A DNA stretch of 32,331 bases, taken from Pelomyxa schiedti (lineage: Eukaryota > Protista > Evosea). Of the stretch, positions 1 to 11,937 are shown piece by piece. Every line of letters begins with the position of its first letter. Within the stretch, counting starts at the first letter, position 1. The DNA lies in the NCBI GenBank assembly GCA_020536535.1, contig JAHLWZ010000991.1, positions 1-32,331 of the forward strand, read 5' to 3'. The notes under the pieces are model-generated. The model ran no database searches. It was not told the DNA's origin and saw only the letters and a list, made by a program, of their open reading frames with translations. Position numbers and translations under genes: made by a program.

Positions 1-274
1 GAAATTATGATTTTTTTGTTTCGGCTTTAATATTACATTGTTTTTGGGTTTTGGTTTTTTTTTGTCGATGTGTCGCAGAGCCAATAACAATTTTCGAGAT
101 CGAGATCTCCAAAAGGAGGGAGGGGATCTGTGTTGACTTTTCCTGTTACGTGTGTTTTGGCGCAGTTGCAGAGACTGGGGGACTATGATGGCACCAGCGT
201 TACCGCTGGGGGAAGTAACCTACAACGTGTCTGTCCGGGAGACGTCTCACTGCTTTATTATCATTTTTTTTTGT

Positions 275-2349
<2,075 letters not shown>

Positions 2350-2557
2350 CTTTGAATCGGCGAAATAAATTGTTCCTTGATCGCCTTTTGAAATCTGGAA
2401 TGAACCACGTGTGACTGGTGACTCGATGAAATCGAGAACCTCTCTCTTCACAACGAACGGGTTTCACACTCCGGAGTTCGAGCCCGTGCCTGGGATGTGG
2501 AATTTTCTCTGAGCTCCTGTTTTAATCGCACCGTTTTTTTCTTCCATCGCTGCGGAA
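2350..2557. promoter_or_regulatory. Probable bidirectional promoter (phosphoesterase / RasGEF)
   Basis: Divergent starts about 210 bp apart. CpG-rich, with palindrome ACTCCGGAGT at 2468-2477. Confidence 0.5.
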
Positions 2558-5500
2558 ATGAGCAAAACGAGAAGACATGCACCCAGCGCTGGCACACTTT
2601 CACACAACGATCACAGCGACTCCGATGATCTCAGCAGAACGGTACTTATGGGTGACATTGCTGCTACCAACCGCCTCGGTCGCAGCCTGTTGCTTTCCTC
2701 CAGGAGCGATCTCTTCAGTGCTCCAGACTCCGTTACGGCCACGGATTATGGGTTCGGCTACGACTCTGGTTCTGTCGACGATGACCCTGACTACTACGAC
2801 GACATTGATGGACCATTTTCACCAACGAAAAGAACGAGCTCCAGGATGGCTTTTGGCTGCGCCCCTAATCGTTCCGACGCCGCGAGGAGCAAAAAGGAAC
2901 TTTTGAAACGCGCAAAAGAGGCCGGAAATGCAACTGCGGGCGTGTGGCTGGCGAGGCACAAGTGCCAGGTGGGAAAGGGATTATGGGCCAAGGGACGCCA
3001 TTTGGAAGCAATTCTCGAGTGGGAAAAGGCCTCCCACAAGTACAGCAAAGGCGGCACTTTGGTTCTGGAGACTGTGAGTCAACTGAGGGTTCACAGAGAT
3101 ATTCAAGGAATAGGGGAGTCAGAGGATAGAGAACCAGAGGGGGGAATTATTGGAAGGCTTATACGGCTATTCGAGGAGATTGGCGCAATGGTTCATGATC
3201 CGGAATTGCTGGTATACATATCAGTCATGATCGGATTTGTCCTGGATCCCATGTACTTCCACTTTGAAAAGGCTCTCCAGTTATTACTTGATGCACAGAA
3301 CTTTGACCGGGACTCTCACAATTTCTATCTCACCACTCAGCTATTCATCCCGTCCATACAGCTTCTTGTATCTGAAAAATGCAGGATTGTGGCCGCTCTG
3401 ACCTGCTATCACCCGCGATGTGGAGCCGGAAGCTTCTTTCTCAGCCACCTGCCTCGTGCTGTGGTTATTGACATTGGCCGAATTATGTGGATGCAGAACT
3501 CGGTGCTTCTCTACACCCTTACAATTTCTGCAGAGGGACAAGCCGAAAGAATAACACACAACTCATTTAGACCAGCAGCAAATATGTTTGAATCCCTTCA
3601 GTACATGGAGTCCAAGCTGGAACAGATGATGGTGTCACCATCACCAAAGTCACCTCACCAACACTAGCTGTAACAGTAGTATTTTATTTTTTGTGAGTAA
3701 TGGAATTAAATTCTTGTTAACTTTTGTATTCCTCTGGTGCACTATCTGGAACGTGATGCTTTTCCCCCAATGGATCACACAGGTCATTGGTTGGAACAGC
3801 CCCAATATCTCTCCTTGGCCCAACTTGTCTCCAGCAACACCCATTTTGGAACAGTCAGGGAATAAGCTGGAGATCCCAGCTTGATCAAGGGAGTTGGTTT
3901 TCTTCGAAAACAAAGCCGAATGACCAACCGAAGCGGCGACGAGGTGATTAACATGTATTTGCCCAAATTTGCATTCTAACCAATGAAAGAGTCACGTGAT
4001 TTTGTGCAATGGAGGGGTGATAATGGCTCCAAGTGTGGAGCACCTCATTTTTCTCTTGTTCATTGATGGTTGAAAAACCTCCTCCCGAATCCACAAGTAT
4101 GGTGTTATAATGACTCGAACAAGATGACGAAAGAAGATTGCTGTTGGATAAGAATCGGTTTATCGTGGAATTTTTCTTGTCGTATGGTCAAATAACCACC
4201 CGCGAAAAGTGTTTGATTTGTTGGTAAAGAGGTTTGGTCCTCTGAATATTTTTTGTCCTGTCTAATTGTGCTTTCAAGCTTCATCGAACGGGATTCGACT
4301 ATGTCACCTACGGCTCAAGAAGAACAAACGAGGTTTTGATTCCTTCTGAACTAGCTTAAAAATGTTCAACTTATCTGAAGAATTCTTCATGCACTCAAAA
4401 CATGGCTGTCTCTTATGCCTGATGACTTCACAGATGGTTCTGAACTGTCGGTGAAACGTAAAAACCTAACACTTTATCTTTAGACTGTCCAAATGCACTC
4501 ATTGAACTTCTGAAGTGGCGTGATTGTGCTACAAATATGATGTGTACTCAGAATCGATCACATAGTATCCTTTTGCAACTGCCACAAGAAGTTCGGAGAG
4601 AAATCTGCCTTTATATGAGGGATCAACTGCAAATACAGTTCAAATTTTCGGAATTTTTTCTAGATTTGAAGGTGTTTATCCACCACCGCTCTGTCCACCC
4701 AGAATGGAAAGCTTTTTCATCCTCAGTTATCTCTCAAATGTATATTTCTCAGCCCTAAAGTTACTCTCATTTTTTCGCAAATAGATTCCGCATTCCTCCT
4801 AAGGCTTCAGGCTTTGATCTTCCTGTTCAATATGACTGCTACTCGCCCCAGGAGCCATTCTCCCAACCTCTGCTTGAAATTATGAAACCTCACGAGTGTG
4901 CCTGGCATATCACATGTATCACAGGAGAGATTTATCGAAGAATTCGAGTCAAAGAATTTGTACATCGGGGTTGGAGGAAAAGCACTGGTCGAACCACTTC
5001 TCCCAATCTTATAATTATGGTGAATGCTTTCAATTCTGTATGTTACCACAGAAATTCCCTTTTCTGAGCCTCTTTCTAAGATTTCCTTATGGGCGTGCGA
5101 ATATGTACTGTCAAAATCCAATCTTGACCAAAGAGTCTCCGCACTGGCAAAGGTAATTGACCTTGCAGATAATCTCTTGAAGATAAACAATGTATTTTCT
5201 TCCGTGGCAGTAGTGGAGGCAATTAAAGAGTCGTGCCTGCAGCGATTGAAAGCAACTTTGGCCAAGGTAGTTCACAAAAGTCCGTGTTTACGCGAACACC
5301 AATGTTTCTGAAGTTACCCAAGAAGTCACAAAAGACAATGCAGTACCTCATTAATCTGACAGATCCTTCCGAGAACAGACGGTCACTACGAACCACCTTG
5401 TCTTCCACACCTGGGTAAGCAAGCTGTACTCCCTCACTCGGGTTTGACAAACAACCAAACATCGACACTCTAACGCGATCACAATGGCAAACACAAACAG

Positions 5501-5825
5501 CCCACCTACAACAGGTCTCTATCTCAACGACATACTCTTACTTCTGGAAGACAATCCTTCTACCATTGGAACACAAATCAACTTTACAAGGTGCCGAATG
5601 TTTTCAGGAGTTATCGAGGACTTTCTCGCTTGGCAGCAAGTTCCTTTCACACCCCCACCCGCATTATATCGTCACCCACATAAAAGCAGCAGCCCCCACA
5701 GTAGAAACCTTTACCTCGTGCAACAAATGTTACTCTCCACAACGCACCGCTCCTATGAGGACATGTGGGACCTCTCTTTGGTCCGTGAACCACGACGGCC
5801 ACGTTACCTGAGGACAAAAGTCTGA
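2558..5825 (+). CDS. Ras guanine-nucleotide exchange factor (REM + CDC25) with a long N-terminal extension (helical/Sel1-like region, HPRCG box, possible ubiquitin-like segment); carries two apparent frameshifts
   Basis: REM motifs APSVEHLIFLL, FIVEFFLSY, ILHALKTW..PDDF. CDC25 motifs SPNLIIMVNAFN, ISLWACEYVL, LLKINNVFSSVAVV, LQRLKAT, DPSEN, GLYLNDILLLLEDNP, INFTRCR, SLVREPR. Joining ORF 2558-3667 depends on a 13-nt exon (3680-3692). ORF 2558-3667 could instead be a separate gene. Confidence 0.75.
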
Positions 5826-6174
5826 TGGGATCCCAAAGCCAAAAAATATTTTCTTTGCTCAAGGCCAGGTCAAGAAGTCAAACTCCAAAAGTCCTGAAAA
5901 ATGGGCTCAGTGCACCACTGGGTTCCCAATAGCAAAAGTAAAAGTGCCTGGTCCCTTCCCCAATTTGCGGGTTGTGGCCAGTGCAGTTGCTCTGGTTTGG
6001 AACCAATTCGAGCAGTGAACACAAAGCCATACAATTTGTACAAATCAGTTTCTTTTTACATATTGTTCAAGACAACTGTGCACCTCTTCTCTGCTTCTCA
6101 AGAGTGTTGTGACACCACCAGAGTCCTTGAGAACGATGTGTTGAGTTGACCACGGCACTTCTCTTCTATCTAGC

Positions 6175-7536
6175 TCATGAGAAGAAGAGGGAAGACTGCT
6201 CGTTGATGTAAAACGAAGAGGAAAACAGCACATCAATTGTGATCAGCACAGAAAGCCCTGATGATGCGTCAATCACATCTATCTTCCTGTCTCTTTCCCT
6301 CACAGCAAACAGTAATCCGCACCCGGCAATAACCTGGTCAAAGTTGTCCTCGCAGTTGTTGTTTCTTTGGATGAACCTCACAGGCTTCTCTGTGTTGTGG
6401 CAGTCCCACAGCTCGTAGGACCTTTCACAGTCGTAGGCCTTTCCAATGCAGAACATGGAGTCGTTCAGCTGAGACAGGTCTGAGCACCTCTTTGACAGCA
6501 TTTTTGCCTCACCTGTTGCGGCCTCAACCTGGAATACTGCACCGGCTGATGACTTGAATATGAATGCCACAGAACCGTCAGTCTTCTTTCTCCTGAAAAT
6601 CAGTGCAACAATAGGCATCGGCACAGAAAGGATCGGGATTGAAGTGTGTTCCAGCACTGCAATTTTCTTTGATTCCCATGTCTGAGGGATATCAAGTAGT
6701 GTGAGGTAAATCGTGTTGGAAACGCCACTCAAAAGCAGTGCCTCGTCTGGAGCAGGATTATTCAGGAACAGCCTCAGTACTGCCAGAGAGGAACCCATCT
6801 CACGGGGAACAGGAATCCCAGTCACAGATGGGATCCCCACTGCAGTTGCTACAGTCTGACACGACGTGTAGCAGTGAATGCCAGAGACCGCCAGCGTTAC
6901 CTCGCCATTATTCCTCTCACACCTCACCCACCACTTGTGATTGACTGCGTCGCACAACACCCCTTCCCTGCTGATCTGCAGATAGTCATTCCGCCCGCCC
7001 CACGCATGAGCAGTGCCGACAGCGGAACCATGCCGCTGCATCCTAATGGTCATGCCCCTGACCTCTCCCTCGCCAATCAGGCTCCACGTCCTCTTCGCCG
7101 AAACCCCGGGCGCCACCCACCCGACAAAGTCGGCCGAGGTGCCGACGCGGCCGCCGCGCGTGAGGCCCAGCGTGGCCGGCGACACGCCGAAGGCCACGGA
7201 GGCCCGCGCCGCCCCGCGGGCGCTCGCCGCGTCGCCCTTGTTCTCGACCGCGAGCGTGACGAACACGGCGGGCCGCCGCGGGGGGGCGGCGGGGGCGACC
7301 CACGTGCGCCAGATGTGGTGGGCGAGCGTCGAGAGGGAGCACACGGGGCGCGCCGGGCTCAGCTCGCCGCAGCGCGGGAGGGACGAGGCCAGGAGCGCCG
7401 CGAACTGGTCGCCGACGCTGAAGGCGGCTGTTGAAACCAAAGGAGGGGGCGCGGGTGTCACTGGCCCTGTGTCGTGCTCCTGCTCAACTACCTTGGATGT
7501 CGAGGATGCCGTTCCCTGAGGAAATGCGTTTCCCAT
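6175..7536 (-). CDS. Intronless hypothetical protein (453 aa): N-terminal MG (possible myristoylation), PRCG box, beta-rich C-terminus
   Basis: Long uninterrupted ORF containing DQFAALLASSLPRCGELSPAR..IWRTWV. The C-terminal half has repeated short beta-strand-like segments (YELWDC, IDVIDASSG). Confidence 0.8.
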   Translation of the reverse strand: MGNAFPQGTASSTSKVVEQEHDTGPVTPAPPPLVSTAAFSVGDQFAALLASSLPRCGELSPARPVCSLSTLAHHIWRTWVAPAAPPRRPAVFVTLAVENKGDAASARGAARASVAFGVSPATLGLTRGGRVGTSADFVGWVAPGVSAKRTWSLIGEGEVRGMTIRMQRHGSAVGTAHAWGGRNDYLQISREGVLCDAVNHKWWVRCERNNGEVTLAVSGIHCYTSCQTVATAVGIPSVTGIPVPREMGSSLAVLRLFLNNPAPDEALLLSGVSNTIYLTLLDIPQTWESKKIAVLEHTSIPILSVPMPIVALIFRRKKTDGSVAFIFKSSAGAVFQVEAATGEAKMLSKRCSDLSQLNDSMFCIGKAYDCERSYELWDCHNTEKPVRFIQRNNNCEDNFDQVIAGCGLLFAVRERDRKIDVIDASSGLSVLITIDVLFSSSFYINEQSSLFFS

Positions 7537-7667
7537 CTAATGCAACAAGTCTGTTTTTTCCCAACGCTACCTCCTTTTTGTGTGTGTTTTGGCCAAGTTG
7601 GTTATTGGGGGTGATTGTTAGCCGAATCATCAACCCCATCAGTTTCACCTAAGTTGGAGTGTTTTTG
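7537..7667. promoter_or_regulatory. Probable bidirectional promoter (orphan / Rab)
   Basis: Two divergent ATGs only about 130 bp apart. Confidence 0.5.
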
Positions 7668-8690
7668 ATGGGCGAGAGGTGGGTTGACTCCAAGGTTGTG
7701 GTTCTTGGTTCGTCTTTTGTGGGCAAAACGTGCCTAGCTCTGCGGTACGTGGTGGTTGATGTAGAATTGTGGGTGGTGGGAGTGTTTTGAGGTCCAACGG
7801 TTTTTTTTAAATTGTATTTAGGTATGTGAATGGGAGTTTTCCAGGTGACGTTGTACCTACCTTATCTGCCACTTATTTGTCAAAGTCTCTGTAGGTTTTT
7901 CTTTGGCAGTACTTCATCAAACAGTTATTAATTTAGTTATGCAGAGAAGTGAATGGTGCACACCTTAATTTGCAGCTGTGGGATACTGTAATTTCTTAAC
8001 TACGAAACAGTAATTTTTCGTATTCACCACTCTAGGCAGGACAAGCATGTTCCCAATTTTAAAGTTATTACCTTTATCTGATAAAAAAGCGGAACTTTTC
8101 AATTTAGGAGCGATTCAAGTCCATGGCTCCACTGTACGGTCTCCAACTATCAAACAAGGGAAGTCACCTCTTTTTTTTCTCCAGATACTTCCGAGGGGCT
8201 CACGCAGCAATTATTTGTTACCAAATAAACTCCCGAGACACATTTGAAGCAGTCAAAATGTGGGTTGAGGAGCTTAATTCTAAAACAGAAGGAAATACTT
8301 GTACCTGCCTCCCTTATTCCTTTACTTAGACCTAACACCATACAGTGATTGTTTTAGTTGGAACCAAGGTGGACTTGGAGACCGAAAGGGTTATTTCTGC
8401 AACTGAAGGTGCAGCATATGCTTCCAGGTGAAGCAACATTGTCAAATTTTGGTATTTAGTGATATCCATTAGTATCAGTGCTCTATTTTTTGAAGTGTCA
8501 GCCAAAACTGGACAAGGTGAGTGCTTTCTGTTTTTCTCGTGACACTCAAGTAACCACAGGAGTTGAGAACCTTTTTGGGCTTCTGAGTGATGCCTTGGTT
8601 CTCAGAAGTGCCAGAACACCAGTAACACCTTCCACATCACAAAAACTCACTCCACCATGGAGAAAATCCCATCACCAGAAACACTGCTGA
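7668..8690 (+). CDS. Rab small GTPase, Rab5/21/22/24-like group, 9 exons
   Basis: Spliced product: KVVVLGSSFVGKT (G1), PT (G2), WDT|AGQ|ERFKSMAPLYFRGAHAA (G3), LVGTKVD (G4), EVSAKTG (G5), C-terminal Cys. Confidence 0.93.
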
Positions 8691-8788
8691 TAGTTCCTTC
8701 CACAGCCACACATTACATACATTTGTAAATAAACTAAATGCCAGCAACAGCTGAAAAGGATTTTTTTAACAGCATTAACAAACATCGA

Positions 8789-11700
8789 TTAGTCTGTTTT
8801 CCATAGCTGTTTGAGACAAAAAAGTTAGCACAACAGGAGATAGCTGGTAGGAAAAAACCTTAATGGAATAGTCGTAGGAACCACTCAGAAGCACGCCGTT
8901 GTAGAACGCCAGAGCTGATACACCACCATCATGTGCTCGGAATTTATGTACAGGTTTATGTGTAACAACATCCCAGACCTAGATAAAGTGAATTGTTGTA
9001 TTTATAAAGGAGCATAAGAATACCCGTATAGTGTTGTCATTGGACCCCGAAAACAGGAAGTTATTCCCTATGCATATATCGTCAATGAAATCCTCATGGC
9101 CCTGCAGTACGGCTGTGCATGATAACTCCCTAAGGTTCCAAACCCTCACAGTTTGGTCATAGGAGGCGCTAAACAGGTACTGCCCAGCAATAGCCAATTT
9201 TTTGACCCATTTTGTGTGCCCAGTGAATGTGTAAGCACAATCAAGCTTGGACATCGTATTCCACACCTAAATCGCATTAGCAACAACTAACAGGAAAGAG
9301 GAAAAGACTTTGATTGAGTTGTCATTCGAGCCTGTGAAAACGAAAGTATTTGAGCAGGAAATAGCTCGTACAGCCCGACTATGGCACTCCACAGTTTGTA
9401 AACAACTGCGTGTCCTAAGATCCCACATCTTTTTTTATTGTAATTTAGTACTACTTGACAACAGGGAGAAATGTGATACCTTAAGCATCTTGTCTCCCGA
9501 CCCAGAGAAGAGAATGTTGTCACGACAATCAACAGCAAAGACAGGTCTCGTGTGTTCTTCCAGAATGTACTCTGGCATTAGAGTCCTGAGATCCCAAACC
9601 TTCATGCAATCACATTTCCTTTCAAACAAATATCTGAAATACTTTGATTGTCTGGTCAGAGGAGCCACTGATCAACTGATTTTCATTGCAGCACAGGCCT
9701 TCGACTCTTTTTGCGTGTTGTGGCTTCATCTTCCCATCTCCCCTAAGGGGTTGCTGTGTCTCAAAGTCCCATACCTACTTTTTATTAGGCATTGAAATGA
9801 TAGAGGGAGCTTTTTGCGATACCCTGACAATTCCAGCACTGGTCCCACAGAAAATCTTACCCGACCCAACACATAGAGTACTTACTGAATCTCTATTTCC
9901 AGATAAATTGGCTTGACAACGTAAGTTCTGAGCCACCCAGGGCTGAGCGGGTTGCATTCCTGCATCAACCTTTTTTGTTTTACACACTTGGAGACTCTTA
10001 TGTGTGACTATACATACGGCAGCTCTCTGGAAAACCCCACTTTCTGTGTCAGAAACGCAACGACCATGTCTTGGTGGCAGTGGTGAACTGGAAGGTAATC
10101 CAGATGAAGGGGCAATGCTTTCTGTGTTAGCTTTCTCGGTTGGTGGAGATTGAGGAGGAGTTACAGGGGATGTTAAAATTTGTGGAGGGGGTGATGTCGA
10201 TGGAGTTGGTGGCCTAACTGCAATTACAGGCGTTACAGGTGTTGGACTTGGAGGTACTGCGACAGCTTGAGCAGTACTATTAGGTGATAGGGGTTGAGTT
10301 GGAGTTATTGCTGGAACTGGTGAACTGGGTACTGGGGTTGCAGCCGTGGAGACGTCTGTAGCTATAAATTATTAACATGACACCGATAGATGGAGAGGTC
10401 AACTCACCTGGCGATACTTCTTCAGCACCCTTTGGGAAGTTGTCCCACAATCCTTTTAGTAAGTCTTGTGGGCGTGGCACAGTGCCTCCTTGTCCAGGCT
10501 TCTTTGGATTGATGGAACTCAATTGCAAGTACTAGAAAGAAGTGGGTGAGGGTAGACACAGAAAAGACCAAACTACCTGACATATGGCGTTGCATTGATG
10601 TGAGTGCAAAAATTTGTCAATACCACTTTGCCCGCAATTTCCTCGGCCAAGTGACCCAAGATCATCACCAACTGTATGAATTTGAGGGTCCGTATACATG
10701 TCATCAACACCTGAGTTTCCTATAAGGTTTTCTGTAATCAATGCAGTGGCTCAAAAACCTTGGATGTCAACAACCATATACTTGCGGCCGGATTCTTCAT
10801 AGGTAAAGTGACTGAAGGCCTACTGAAGGTTAATGTTGGGTAGAAACTAATAAGACTCGCCACCTGTGGGGTATTTCTTTCTTCAGCAATAAACCCGTTA
10901 TTGTTGTTGTACTTTTTGAAAGCTCCAGATACAAAAGGTTCCACACCATAGAGGACTTCTCCAGGTTGGTCAACAAGTTCAATGACATAGCAAGGAAGAA
11001 AGTCCACCTGTAATGTGAAAATTTAGGGGTGAAAATTGGGTTTTTCCCCCTACCTTCTTAGGAGGCTTTTTTTCATTGTACTTGGCCGCTAGACTACCAG
11101 AAACAGTTTGCATTTTGGCATCCACGAAGTAACTTTCTCTTGAAACAGACTCGCGGTATTTTTTTGCGACATATTTTTTTGATGGGCTGAAGTATGTAAG
11201 ACTGTGGTATTATGTAAATAATGTATACTTGGCTAGATCTCTCATTACATAGGCAAGTCGCATGCTACCTTGCTAGGGCATTAAAAATATAGAATTCATA
11301 ATTGGTTAGGCCAACCTTGAGCAAATGGTTTTGCTTCGATTGTTACAATGAGAGCACCTTGCTTCCACTGTTGATCTGGAGGTGCTGTGGGATCATATTC
11401 CCACTTTACTGCACGCTCCGAGCCCTCGAGAATCTTGAATGCACGACCAGGTATATCTTTTGGTCGAGGTACCTTGACTGGTAGAATTTCAATCCCACTG
11501 TTACATATCGGACAAGGGAAACCTTCTTCCACAGTTAGAATCAACGTTTTAACACCAGGCACCAAGTCCATAAAGCTTTGCCGTGGAGTAAGTTTTTCCA
11601 GTGAGCCATTTTTCATGTATCCCAGTACTTTAGAAATTAGCCATAACAACTAAAAAAAAAATGTACCAAGATCTGTTTGACACACTCCTTCTGGAAAGGG

Positions 11701-11937
11701 AAATAATCTATCTTCAAAAATTCTGCACAGTTAGAGTCGAAGTCAATAAATTGTGGTTTGTAGGAATGCAGTAAATTTTAAGGAATTCGTACTTTTGTCG
11801 AACGTAGCTGACATTACAAGAGAGTGGGAGGTTTGTCATCTCTTCTTCTTCTTTTCCATTCTAGCCAAAGGGCGCCGAGGGCCAAAACCTCGAGCTTCAC
11901 TTCCTCCAAGTGTAACAAATAGATATAGAAAACCCAT
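8789..11937 (-). CDS. Alpha-kinase with C-terminal 7xWD40 propeller (myosin heavy chain kinase B/C-type)
   Basis: PFAQGSMRLAY, YVAKKY, VEPFVSGAFKKYNNNNG, RNTPQAFSHFTYE, VVDIQGV..YTDPQIH, GRGNCGQSGIDKFLHSHQCNAIC. These are followed by a Pro/Ser/Thr linker and seven GH..WD-type repeats ending LWKTD*. Start at 11937 (MGFLY) requires intron 11851-11900; an alternative Met lies at 11839. Confidence 0.93.

Noticed and set aside
3860-5418. Reassigned TAA codon (alternative genetic code) to explain in-frame TAAs in the RasGEF
   Set aside because: Several clean genes here end in TAA (kinase, SH3, fucosyltransferase, LRRC47), and conserved exons elsewhere have no internal TAA.
6874-7519. Long antisense ORFs over GC-rich exons (also 20370-20960, 30583-31340, 15397-15921)
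   Set aside because: Shadow ORFs caused by stop-codon scarcity in GC-rich or low-complexity coding DNA.
7606-7638. Imperfect hairpin upstream of the Rab gene
   Set aside because: Short and bulged, within chance expectation.
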